This document shows, one piece after another, positions 1 through 9,344 of a stretch of 26,706 nt of DNA. The notes under the pieces are model-generated. The model was not told the DNA's origin, searched no databases, and saw only the letters and a list, made by a program, of their open reading frames with translations. The translations under genes and the position numbers were made by a program. Source of the DNA: a virus (taxonomy: Duplodnaviria; Caudoviricetes); the IMG/VR virus record IMGVR_UViG_3300043772_001134, positions 1 through 26,706 of that record; one strand, 5' to 3'. How positions within the stretch are numbered: position 1 is the first letter of the stretch; each line of letters starts with the position of its first letter.

Positions 1-1170
1 TGGCCGTGGTGATGCGACGTGCATGGACGACAGCCCGCCGTCGTGGTCATAGAGGAACGTTTCGCAAGCCTGCCGCGAACCGATGAAGCCGTTGACGCTG
101 TGCCAATCGTCTGGCGGGCAGAGTGCAGGCGCGGTGCGGACGATCACGCCGTCGAGCGTCTCAATCGGCCGCTGCCATTCCGCAGCCTGTGAATGGAAAT
201 GCCCGGTATGCCATTCCCGGTATGGGCATTTGGCCCAGTGCTGCGAAGCCTCTAGCGCCATGATCTGCGGCAACTTTCGCTTGGCCCTGTGGCCGTGCGC
301 GAAGCCCAGCAGATTCCGCCCGTGCGTAAGGTACTGCCGCCCGGTGAAATCCTCTTTCACGCGCACGGACTTTGAGTTGCGGAACCGTTCGAGCAGGATG
401 CGCTGGAAAGTCCACGTCAGCACTTCGTCATGGTTGCCGTTGACGATCACGACATCTGTAGGCGCCGTCGCGGCGGACCGCTCAACGATCGACAGCAACG
501 TGTCGCAGCCCACCTGGATCATCTTCTGCAGGCGGCCGTCACGCTCGAGCGGTGTACCACTGGTGGTACTTCCATCTGGCCGATCGTAGTGAAACAGATC
601 ACCAAGAAACGCGATCGTGCGGCGGGCCGGCCTTGCAGCGTTGCCAACGTCCAGCAGCTGCTGACCGGCCGCGGCAACCAGTTGTTCCGCGAGACTCAAA
701 TCGTAGTCATCGCCGCCGGTCGTGCGCCCCCAGGCGTATTTGCCGAAGTGCGTGTCTGCCACCACCAGCACCTGCCAGAGCCCATCCAGACGTTTCGGTT
801 TTGCATATACCGTTTTCGGTATATGCCGCAGTTCTTTCTTCGCCGCGGCAATCATCGCCGCCACGCACTCCAGCGTTGTCGGGCCGCCCCGTGGCTTGAG
901 CCGCACGAATACACGGTGCAACTCAATGCTTCCGCCTTCGCCGTCGCCGCACTCCCATTTGGTCGCTTCACTAGCGGCGATCTCAAACAGGGCCATGTCG
1001 GCTTCAATGTGCCGCAGCAGATCGTCCACCGTCTTGATGCGGCGGCTGGTGCTGCGGGCTTCGAGCGTGTCGCCAGATTGCGACTGCGTCACCTGTTCCG
1101 CATCAGCGGCAGGCTTCGGCGCTGGCAGCTTGGCCGCAACGCTGTCTATGAGGGCCTTGCGTTCAGCCAT
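1..1170 (-). CDS. Calcineurin-like metallophosphoesterase (3' end runs off the window)
   Basis: Not in the ORF track; translated by hand from the ATG at 1170 (MAERKALIDSVAAK...) and open for 390 codons to position 1. All five MPE motifs occur in order: ADTHFG, LGDLFH, NGNHDE, FAHGH, TGHFH. Confidence 0.9.
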   Translation of the reverse strand, partial: MAERKALIDSVAAKLPAPKPAADAEQVTQSQSGDTLEARSTSRRIKTVDDLLRHIEADMALFEIAASEATKWECGDGEGGSIELHRVFVRLKPRGGPTTLECVAAMIAAAKKELRHIPKTVYAKPKRLDGLWQVLVVADTHFGKYAWGRTTGGDDYDLSLAEQLVAAAGQQLLDVGNAARPARRTIAFLGDLFHYDRPDGSTTSGTPLERDGRLQKMIQVGCDTLLSIVERSAATAPTDVVIVNGNHDEVLTWTFQRILLERFRNSKSVRVKEDFTGRQYLTHGRNLLGFAHGHRAKRKLPQIMALEASQHWAKCPYREWHTGHFHSQAAEWQRPIETLDGVIVRTAPALCPPDDWHSVNGFIGSRQACETFLYDHDGGLSSMHVASPRP

Positions 1171-1388
1171 GCGATGACGCCTTGTATGCCGGAGGTTTCC
1201 CAGCCACGTTCCTTGGCAGCCTCAATAATTGCGACGCAATAGGCACGTTTCTGATGAATCGCCGGATTGAAGGCGTTGCGCACGATCTCCAACTCCGATT
1301 GGGCATCTGGGGGCAGGCGATCAAACCACGTGCGAAAGCCGGGCCTGCCATGCGCCGCACGAGACATCACGTCATCCAGCAGGCTCAT
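1146..1388 (-). CDS. Hypothetical 80-aa protein, possibly helical/HTH-like
   Basis: TGATG coupling with the upstream zincin gene at 1386-1390; overlaps the phosphoesterase start by 25 nt. Function unsupported. Confidence 0.7.
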   Translation of the reverse strand: MSLLDDVMSRAAHGRPGFRTWFDRLPPDAQSELEIVRNAFNPAIHQKRAYCVAIIEAAKERGWETSGIQGVIAWLNARPS

Positions 1389-1666
1389 CAGTCCTCCTGG
1401 TCGTCAGGCCGGCGGAATCCTTCGGCATCGATCACGCCCGAAAGCGTCTCGGCAAACTCCGCTACTGCGTCTTCGTGGAGATCCGGCCACCGGGCGTGAA
1501 TCAGTTCGTGTATCAGCGTATCTAGCAGGTCAACGCCAACCAGCTTGTCGGCAATGCGGATGGTGCGAGTCGTGTAGTTGCACTGGCCATCATCGTGACG
1601 CAGCCGCACGCGCTCAACTTTCCAGCGTTGATCGCCCACGTAGACGGTGCGTCGCTTCCGTGCCAT
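1388..1666 (-). CDS. Minimal zincin (SprT-like/phage metallopeptidase-like) protein
   Basis: DTLIHELIHARW contains HExxH, preceded by G-Q-C-x-Y-x-x-R-T-I-R-I and followed by HEDAV, a typical mini-zincin layout. Confidence 0.8.
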   Translation of the reverse strand: MARKRRTVYVGDQRWKVERVRLRHDDGQCNYTTRTIRIADKLVGVDLLDTLIHELIHARWPDLHEDAVAEFAETLSGVIDAEGFRRPDDQED

Positions 1667-1673
1667 GTGCCGG

Positions 1674-4600
1674 CTAGCTCCGCTTCAGCTTGACGCTGTA
1701 CGCACCATCCACGCCACCAAGCGGCATCGTGATTTCATCGCCGTTGGCTAGTGCCACTTCTTGGTCAGGCGTCAGCGTGTGGGTGTAAGCGTAATCGTTG
1801 AGTACCCGTTCCGTTAGCGTTCGAGTGGCAATCGACTGGTATTTCTCGCAGTACATCAGCCAGCGCACTGCCGGCAATTTCCATGTGTCTTCTTCGACAT
1901 CTAGGCCGATTAGATTGTCTAGCAGCCAGTCCATGGCTTCAGAAAACGTCATATTTTCTTGGTAGATGTAGCCGGGACCGCCCCAGATGCTTGGTTCTCC
2001 GACGAGCCGCACGTACTCCGTTGGCTTGACGCTGAAATCTTCGTATTCCGTCTCGGCCTTGATGCACGCACGAAATGACAGCGTCAGCACAAGCGGACCA
2101 AGCGTCGTTGTCTTGAGTGCCGGGAATGTCTTTGCCTGCCTGCAGGCGGTGAGCATCCCTTGGACGCCTTCCAGCGAATAGGTAGCAGATTTTACATAAC
2201 GAACTTTTCGCTGCAGTTCTGTTTCGCCAAACGGGAACGGGCCATCTGTCAGCAAATCCTCTTTCGCAAACCGCAGCCCTTCTTTTGCGTCTTCCTCAGT
2301 TGTTTCGGAATCGCCATACGTTTGTTCCTCGCTGTTGAAGTGCCTCAAGAAATGCGGCGTGTCGTCCAGCCAATGGTTTGACTCCGTGAAAGATTCACCG
2401 TCCAAGAAATAAGCACTGCTTGTAGCCTGTGGGTAAGCAATGATTTCCGTTCCCCCACTCACGCCGACGCAAGCCCACACGTTTTGCGAAAGCGTGGTGC
2501 CTTGAAAGGATGTGCCAAGATTTATTACCGGCGGCAAAGGCAGGCACATGATTCGCGGGAAAAGATCGATGGCGACATGGTTGAAGTCGCCTAGCGCGGC
2601 GCCGTTGAATACCAACTTGTCGTCTATGTACCCGCCGCCAGTCTCAGTTGGCGCGATCTCATTCCCGTCAATATCCAGAATCACAATGCGCACAGCGAAA
2701 GACGTGATTTCTGTATTGCAAACAATCGCTGAACTGTGCCACTGCGCCTCGCTTGGCCCGGCGCACTGCGACACCAGCGCTGGCGGGCTGGGATCAATCG
2801 TCGTGCCGAGGCCCCAGTAGGAAAACGGGCCGGTCGCGCCAGTGGCAGGAACCCGAGGCACAAAGCCTTCGTAGTTCACGGCCGTGGCGACCAATCCAAA
2901 GTCGATGAAATCTTGCTGCGGCTGCACAGGAGGGGGAACCTCCTGACCACCAACGCCTTGCTGCGTAGTTCCAGGCGACGACTCAGCGGCAATCCCGATG
3001 TCACCGCTAGACGCAATGGCCAAGTCGTTCTGCTGCATATTGATTGACGCACTTGCGCCAATGCTTGCGGCACGCCCGACAACGAATCCGCGCAGCACCG
3101 AACTGGTGTCAATCAGTCGAGGCCACCCGTCAACGTCTGCCATCAGCCAGCTTGTGCGAGCGACGATTACCGATGGCTCTGGGTCATACGCATTGCCGTT
3201 CCAGTCCAGCGGGTTGCCGGCTATCTCAACGTATGAAATCGCATACGTAGATGGATTAACGGACACGGAAAACCGCAGGCCGTCGTCATCCGAAATGAAT
3301 ACCAGTCGAAACAGTTCTGCCATCCGCTGCGGATCTGTTGGGAAATCATCTTTTGTCGGATAGTGAACTTCTGGGAATACGTCAGCCGTCATCACGGTGC
3401 CGGCAGGGTCATATTCCAGCAGGCAGAACGTTGCCGACTGCTGCACCCCCAGCGGTACGATGATTCGCCATTTCTTTGTTGTGCCGTCCGCTTGCTCAAT
3501 GGTGCAGCCAGCGGTGCTTACGCCGTTGCAGTACAACCGCACCTGCGAGTTTTCTACAGTTGCTGGATCAACTGGCCTGTCAAACGTCAGGATCACAGAG
3601 CCGATTTTCTCTGACTGCAACCGCGCCCTGTGGTATTCGCGGGTCTGCAGGCCTGGCTGATCCAGTGACGGAATGGCACCGTAGTATGAATGGCCGCCGG
3701 GAAGGACTGCCCGCCTATGGTTGGCGTCTTTTTCATGGACAGTCCATGACTGCGTAAACAACTCGTCTGGGTTGTTGCGCGCGTTATCAACGCATTCAGA
3801 CGCATCAAATGGCAGCGACAGCGTGTACGTTCCAGCCGTCCACGCCAACGATTCAGCAGATTGGCCGTCATCCTCTAGCCATATGTTTGCGCATGGTCTT
3901 GCCAGCACGCCAGTGGGCGACTCATCATCCGCGCACACCGGATTGACCAGAGGCTTTGTGGCGGTAACAACGCTGGCGACCGGCGCTTGTTCGCCTGGCG
4001 TTTCGTCAAGCACGAAGATGTCATCAATGGCAGAAAAACCGACAACCGGCTTTCTTCTGTCAACCACAAAACTGAAAAAGTCTTTGTTTGTCGGAATTGC
4101 AGTGCTGGGGTTGCCGTAAGACCCGGTTGGGGTCACGGTCACCAAATACGAGCCCTCGTCTGCCGTGGCGTCAAACAGCTGCTGCCTAGTTGGCGCCTGC
4201 GTTGCCGGCAGGGTTTCGCTTCCGTCTTTTGTGATGCGATACAGCATCCCCGTGCCGGCGTCTTGGTTGGCAGTGTTTCCACGGTCAATGCCTACCAATC
4301 GCCCCTTGATGTACGGGCTGACGGTTCCTGTTGGTCCGGTTACGTCGTAGTCAATGTGCGTCTGCCGAGCCCAGTTCAAATGCGTCGGACGAAACACAGC
4401 CGCCGTCCAGAACCCAGACGTTGGCAGTGCCTCGTCTGTTGGCTGACCGCTGCAGACAAACGACAGCGACGCTGGATACGGCCACGCTGGGCGCGGTCCG
4501 CCGCCTTCCGGCAACAACAGCCTTTGTTCCCCATTGAATTCAAGCGTGTGGGAAAGCGTGTAGCCAGACGTGATCGGTGGCGTTTGGCTAGCACCTCCGA

Positions 4601-5291
4601 GTTGCTCACGCTGCAAGTTCCATTTGGCTTGATCTGTTCCATTAAATACCTCGCGCCAGCACAGCAAATCTTTTAACCCGTCAAGCGGCCTCTCAGTGAA
4701 CTCGTCCAGAGCCGTTCCCATTGCTGTTGTGGACACATCCAGAACAGACGCAAATACTCCAGAGTCCGTAAACGTGAGAGACTGAATTTGCTGGCCAATA
4801 ACCGCTGACGCTGTGAACGGCGGGTCGCCATTGTCGCTCTTGTCAACGTAGACGGCATTGCTGACAGAGGCATCTAGTTGATTAAGCGTCAGCGAGTAGG
4901 ACAGCGCCAGCGACACGCCGTAGAGCGACGCCGTAACGGAACCAGATTTCGGGAGTGCCGATAGTGTTTCGTTGTCTGGGTAAGCAATCGTCCACACGCT
5001 CGGAAACAGAAACGTTCCCAGCGATAGGCCAGGCCCGTCCAGTTTCGTGAACGTGACTGAAGACCCTGACAGCCAGCGGCCGTCAACAAAAGAATCCCAG
5101 CCGGGCTGGCCCTGCATTTCAATAGGGCCGTGGCCGTCAACAACGTTGTGGAGTGAGCCCCCAGCGTCAGCCCACGTCACCAGTTTTGTTGTGGTGAAGT
5201 CTAGGTTTTGATCGCTGCCGTTGAGCCAAACAGGCCCGCCAAATCCACGAGTGAGCGGAAGCCCGGCGCATACGCAGCACGTGCAAGTCAC
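1674..5291 (-). CDS. Large tail-tip/receptor-binding-like protein (1205 aa)
   Basis: Long ORF with a GTG start overlapping the previous stop (GTGA). Last gene of the tail module, with a Cys-rich N-terminus (MTCTCCVC) and Ig-like-looking segments (FVVDRRKPVV; LTFDRPVDPATV). Function inferred from position. Confidence 0.65.
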   Translation of the reverse strand: MTCTCCVCAGLPLTRGFGGPVWLNGSDQNLDFTTTKLVTWADAGGSLHNVVDGHGPIEMQGQPGWDSFVDGRWLSGSSVTFTKLDGPGLSLGTFLFPSVWTIAYPDNETLSALPKSGSVTASLYGVSLALSYSLTLNQLDASVSNAVYVDKSDNGDPPFTASAVIGQQIQSLTFTDSGVFASVLDVSTTAMGTALDEFTERPLDGLKDLLCWREVFNGTDQAKWNLQREQLGGASQTPPITSGYTLSHTLEFNGEQRLLLPEGGGPRPAWPYPASLSFVCSGQPTDEALPTSGFWTAAVFRPTHLNWARQTHIDYDVTGPTGTVSPYIKGRLVGIDRGNTANQDAGTGMLYRITKDGSETLPATQAPTRQQLFDATADEGSYLVTVTPTGSYGNPSTAIPTNKDFFSFVVDRRKPVVGFSAIDDIFVLDETPGEQAPVASVVTATKPLVNPVCADDESPTGVLARPCANIWLEDDGQSAESLAWTAGTYTLSLPFDASECVDNARNNPDELFTQSWTVHEKDANHRRAVLPGGHSYYGAIPSLDQPGLQTREYHRARLQSEKIGSVILTFDRPVDPATVENSQVRLYCNGVSTAGCTIEQADGTTKKWRIIVPLGVQQSATFCLLEYDPAGTVMTADVFPEVHYPTKDDFPTDPQRMAELFRLVFISDDDGLRFSVSVNPSTYAISYVEIAGNPLDWNGNAYDPEPSVIVARTSWLMADVDGWPRLIDTSSVLRGFVVGRAASIGASASINMQQNDLAIASSGDIGIAAESSPGTTQQGVGGQEVPPPVQPQQDFIDFGLVATAVNYEGFVPRVPATGATGPFSYWGLGTTIDPSPPALVSQCAGPSEAQWHSSAIVCNTEITSFAVRIVILDIDGNEIAPTETGGGYIDDKLVFNGAALGDFNHVAIDLFPRIMCLPLPPVINLGTSFQGTTLSQNVWACVGVSGGTEIIAYPQATSSAYFLDGESFTESNHWLDDTPHFLRHFNSEEQTYGDSETTEEDAKEGLRFAKEDLLTDGPFPFGETELQRKVRYVKSATYSLEGVQGMLTACRQAKTFPALKTTTLGPLVLTLSFRACIKAETEYEDFSVKPTEYVRLVGEPSIWGGPGYIYQENMTFSEAMDWLLDNLIGLDVEEDTWKLPAVRWLMYCEKYQSIATRTLTERVLNDYAYTHTLTPDQEVALANGDEITMPLGGVDGAYSVKLKRS

Positions 5292-5818
5292 ATAACACCA
5301 GCGGCGAACTTGTCGTCACCCACACCCTGCGACCACACAAGCCGCAATGGGCCGCACGCCGTGCTGATCAGCTGCGTTACGTCGTTGTTTCGAGAACGTG
5401 CGTATTTGTGATCCACTGTGACAACCTTAACCTTGCAGGCAAATCGCCCGCCGATCGCACACTGCCCGATCTTGCCTGTTTCAATCGGTTCCATGGCAAC
5501 AGCGAACGGCGACAGTCCGTCAGGCATCAATCCGGTTAGCACCATGTTCTGGCCGAACTGCGAAGGCTTCTCTGGATCATCCAGAACGATTGGCGTTCCA
5601 ATCCGCAGGACGCCAAATTGCGGCACGACAATACCAGCGTCGTTTCGTAGGAGGATGATGTTCGCCGCTCGAGCACCAGGCGTGCTGTCCCCCGCATCAA
5701 AGCCAGTGACAGACCCAAGCACAACGTCGGCGGCATCCTGCGCCCGGTTCCACGCCCGTGCAGACACGGCCGAGGACAGACGCTGGCCCTTTTCGATTCG
5801 GTAGTTGTCGCCTGCCAT
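5288..5818 (-). CDS. Minor tail protein (176 aa) with DUF2190-like C-terminal motif
   Basis: Coupled to both neighbours (TAATG, GTGA). FAVAMEPIETGKIGQCAIGGRF resembles the DUF2190 protein encoded at 20563..20880. Confidence 0.6.
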   Translation of the reverse strand: MAGDNYRIEKGQRLSSAVSARAWNRAQDAADVVLGSVTGFDAGDSTPGARAANIILLRNDAGIVVPQFGVLRIGTPIVLDDPEKPSQFGQNMVLTGLMPDGLSPFAVAMEPIETGKIGQCAIGGRFACKVKVVTVDHKYARSRNNDVTQLISTACGPLRLVWSQGVGDDKFAAGVM

Positions 5819-6714
5819 TAGGTCGTGCCAATGCCTAGGTCGGAGAAATTGGCTTCTCGATAGACCTTGTTGACGTAGACGGCCTTTGGATGCTGCAGCA
5901 GAGCGTTGCTGTCAACCTTGGATTCGTAGCGCACCCAGAGGTATTCGTGGCCGTTCTTGGTAATGCCGCTAATGTTTCCAATCGTTATGGCTGGCATCGT
6001 CTGCCCTGCGCCAGCGTTTGGTGAAGCCACGAACTTGAACGATAGCGACCACGGTCCGTGGCCCTTCTCCTCGTCCCATTCGTGCGAGCCGCTGCACCCC
6101 ATGAACAGCACTTCGCCTATCGCGAACGTGCGAAAAGCAGCGTTGTTCACGGTGCCTGTCAGGCCGGCCACCTTCTTGATGTAGGCCGCATCAACGTAAT
6201 TGTCAGGCACGTCATAGTTTTCCGTCCACGTCAACTGCGGCACGACAATGTCAACGCCGGCAACGCTGGAATCGTCAACGCCGATAGCGCCAGACATGTT
6301 GGTTGCGCCAGACGGAAAACGCTTTTCAAAGTCTAGAGTCGCACCGGCACCGATCGCTTGGCACTGCGTGATGTGCTGCGTTCCGCCGGAAGTGTCAAAC
6401 GATCTTGACCGCTTGAGAGGATCTTTCTGGGTGTCATCGTCCGCCCCCATCTTTTCGTACTGAATCGTTACCTGCCACGCCTCGTCGCCTAGGTACGAAA
6501 CGGAATAGCTTTCGGCTCGCAGGTTGACGCTGGTGCCTGGATATTGCCAGTACGGCAGCAGCGTTGAAATCCGCTGGTTGCAGTCGGCGTGCAACACAAC
6601 GTCATCAGTGGTGCCGAAGACTTTGTAGCTACGCTGCATCGTCGCCGTGGACTTCTTGCCCAGGCGATGAATCGTGGCGGATCGGCTGTCGCCGTCTTCA
6701 ACCCATGTCAGCAT
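5818..6714 (-). CDS. Tail protein immediately after tape measure (distal-tail/hub-like by position)
   Basis: TAATG overlap with the tape measure stop; 298-aa beta-rich sequence. Assignment by synteny only. Confidence 0.6.
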   Translation of the reverse strand: MLTWVEDGDSRSATIHRLGKKSTATMQRSYKVFGTTDDVVLHADCNQRISTLLPYWQYPGTSVNLRAESYSVSYLGDEAWQVTIQYEKMGADDDTQKDPLKRSRSFDTSGGTQHITQCQAIGAGATLDFEKRFPSGATNMSGAIGVDDSSVAGVDIVVPQLTWTENYDVPDNYVDAAYIKKVAGLTGTVNNAAFRTFAIGEVLFMGCSGSHEWDEEKGHGPWSLSFKFVASPNAGAGQTMPAITIGNISGITKNGHEYLWVRYESKVDSNALLQHPKAVYVNKVYREANFSDLGIGTT

Positions 6715-9344
6715 TACTCAGCGGCCCGTGGGCCGCCCTCCGCTGCGATTTGTTCCGTAGCTGCCGCCGTGCGTTCCGCAGCCTTGAGCGTCCGTTCCGC
6801 AAGGCTGCTACCAAAGCCCATGCCGCCAAGGGCCATGGACGAGAACGTGCCGGCCACTTCCGATTTGCTTCTGGCGGCATCTTGGCCAGCTGCATCAGCA
6901 CCGGCCTGCGCCGAAGACTGCGCCGAAGCCGATTGAGCATTGACAAGGTTTTTCGTGATCCGCTCTTGGGCATCATCAAGTGCCGCTTCAATTGTGCTGG
7001 ACTGTACGGAAGACAACCGACCATTGGCGGACAGTGCGTCAAACTCACCATAGAGGTCGCGCAGCTGATCAATGGATGAAGCGCCCTCGATGTCCGACAG
7101 CAGGCGCGCAAACTGATCGTTTCGTGCGCGTGACTCACGCTTGCCCTTTCCTTTGCCAGCTACCGTTGATTCAGCCGCCTGCGTGTCTGCCCTGCGCTGA
7201 TCGGCACGCCGTCTGTTTTCTGCCTGCCGCGCCTCCCGATCAGCCGCCGCGCCTTCAACAACGGCACGCTCTCGGTCCTTTCGCTGATTTTCTGCGTCAG
7301 CATTTTGTCTAGCGGCTTCTGCCGTGCGACTCTCAATGCCAGGCCGCTCCTGCCGCCGCTGTTCAGCCCGCGCGGCGTTCTCATCCTTGATCGCCTGCAC
7401 ACGCTCCTGCGTGTCCTTGGCTCCAGTGATGAACCCTTGAATTTTCGTCCATGCGATCTGAATGGCGGCAACGAGATTGTCGAACGTCGCCATAATTCCG
7501 TTGGCGATGTTGTCGAAGAACCCAGTTATCCATGCCCCCATCGTGTTGAGAATCGCAGCGGAATCGGTGTAGAGTTTGTCCCAGATGATGTAGATTTCAG
7601 ACCCGATGCGTCCGAACACGTCTTGAAACGCCGTTGTCCACGGGTCAACGTAGGACATGATTGCTTCCACGCCACGCAGCCAACCGGCAACAAGCCCTGC
7701 CCAGAGGATGTCCATGGCGCCAGCTAGGTCGCCATCTGCAATCGCTTCGTAGATGCCGTTAAACGTCGTGGTGGCGGTTGACGCCAAGTCGGACAGAACG
7801 ACAGCTCCATCAGATACTGCGGCGCTGAACCCGCTGCCGATGGCCGATGCGATCCCAGAGAATCCGCCCGCTGCCGTGATGGCTACTGCCGCAACGGCTC
7901 CCAGTAGGCCAATCATGGCAAGCAGCGGCGCATTGGCTACTGCCCACGCAGCGCCAGTGGCAACGGCAGACGCTACGGACTGCGCTGAAAAGGCAACGAC
8001 GCCAGCAATCGCGTTGTAAAAAGACGTGCCGATAAACATGGCAAGGCTGGCAACAGCGTTTAGCGGAGCCGCCACAATGCTGCACGCTTTGAGAATGCCG
8101 CCGAATGCAAAACTGGCCACTTGAAGTGACAAGCCTAGACCTGTCAGCACGCCGCCAACGGCAATCGTCGCCACCGCCAGCTTGGCAAACTGGGCCACCG
8201 CTTCTTTATTGTTGGTGACGAAGTCCACAAGGCTGCGCGCTAGCCCTTCAACAAACGGAATGACGGAAGCCAGCGCGGGTGCGACAGCGTCAGATATGGC
8301 AATCGACATCCGTTCCAGTGACGCCATGATGTTGCCCATGGCGCCCGATAGGCCGGACATCATCACCTTGTATTTCTCACCAACCGGCAGCGCCGACGCC
8401 ATGCTTGCCTGCATGTTGGCGAAGCCTTCCGCGCCGGCGCTCGTCAAGATCGAAGCCGCACGAATGGCGTCAGCGCCGAAGATGCGGCGGAAAATGTCAT
8501 CCTTCGCCGCCTGGTCCATTCCCGCCATCGCCCCGTTGAGCGTGCGGATAATTTCGACCATTGGCTTCATCTTGCCGTCAGCGCCACGGAACGCATCGAC
8601 AGACAGGCCGAGTTGCGCAAACGCGCCGATTGCTTCATCTGCCGGCGCCATCAATCGCATCAGCATCGTCTTGACGCTAGTGCCGGCATCGCTGCCCTTA
8701 ACGCCGTTGTTGGCAAGGATGGCGAGAGCCGCCGACAGATCGTCAATCGACTGGTTCGCCAGCGCCGCCACGGCAGACGACATTGAGAACGCTTCGGACA
8801 TCTGCGAGATCGATGTACTAGATGCGTCAGCCGCAGACGAAAGCGTGTTGGCGGCCTTCTCGCCGCTGATGCCAAAGACGTTCATGGCGTCCGACATCAC
8901 AACGGCCGCCTGGCCGACATCCATTTCGCCAACCTTGGCGAACTCTAGTGCGGCCTTGCCAGCACCACCAAGTACGGCGTCAAGGCTCATGCCTGCCTTG
9001 AGCAGTTCGAGCATTCCGGCTGCGGCCTCGGTCGGCCCGACGCCGAGCGCCTCCGACATCCCCATTGCTGCCGACTTGACCCGATCAAGTTCGCCTTGCG
9101 TTGCCCCGGTTGACGCCTTGATGGCAAGCAGGCGATCTTCAAACCGAGCGCCGGCGGCAACTGCCGCAACGATGGGCGCCGCCATCCCGGCGCCGATGCC
9201 AGTGAGCGCCGCTCCCGACATCGACAGGCTGCGGCCCATTGTGCCGACAGCCTTATTCAATTTGCCGAGCGCGGCAAAGAACTTTCGAGGATCTGCCCCG
9301 ATCTCAACGTAAACCTGGCCAGCACGTACCTTGGAAGAACTCAT
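6714..9344 (-). CDS. Tail tape measure protein (TP901-family core)
   Basis: 876 aa, Ala/Gly-rich and helical. Has the core motif LAILANNGVKGSDAGTSVKTMLMRL...FGADAIRAA, hydrophobic segments and a charged coiled-coil C-terminus. Follows the chaperone genes. Confidence 0.95.
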   Translation of the reverse strand: MSSSKVRAGQVYVEIGADPRKFFAALGKLNKAVGTMGRSLSMSGAALTGIGAGMAAPIVAAVAAGARFEDRLLAIKASTGATQGELDRVKSAAMGMSEALGVGPTEAAAGMLELLKAGMSLDAVLGGAGKAALEFAKVGEMDVGQAAVVMSDAMNVFGISGEKAANTLSSAADASSTSISQMSEAFSMSSAVAALANQSIDDLSAALAILANNGVKGSDAGTSVKTMLMRLMAPADEAIGAFAQLGLSVDAFRGADGKMKPMVEIIRTLNGAMAGMDQAAKDDIFRRIFGADAIRAASILTSAGAEGFANMQASMASALPVGEKYKVMMSGLSGAMGNIMASLERMSIAISDAVAPALASVIPFVEGLARSLVDFVTNNKEAVAQFAKLAVATIAVGGVLTGLGLSLQVASFAFGGILKACSIVAAPLNAVASLAMFIGTSFYNAIAGVVAFSAQSVASAVATGAAWAVANAPLLAMIGLLGAVAAVAITAAGGFSGIASAIGSGFSAAVSDGAVVLSDLASTATTTFNGIYEAIADGDLAGAMDILWAGLVAGWLRGVEAIMSYVDPWTTAFQDVFGRIGSEIYIIWDKLYTDSAAILNTMGAWITGFFDNIANGIMATFDNLVAAIQIAWTKIQGFITGAKDTQERVQAIKDENAARAEQRRQERPGIESRTAEAARQNADAENQRKDRERAVVEGAAADREARQAENRRRADQRRADTQAAESTVAGKGKGKRESRARNDQFARLLSDIEGASSIDQLRDLYGEFDALSANGRLSSVQSSTIEAALDDAQERITKNLVNAQSASAQSSAQAGADAAGQDAARSKSEVAGTFSSMALGGMGFGSSLAERTLKAAERTAAATEQIAAEGGPRAAE

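Noticed and set aside
430-1242. 270-aa plus-strand ORF (and 83..589)
   Set aside because: Antisense to the motif-complete phosphoesterase at 1..1170 on the minus strand.
8182-9312. 376-aa plus-strand ORF
   Set aside because: Antisense shadow of the tape measure gene.
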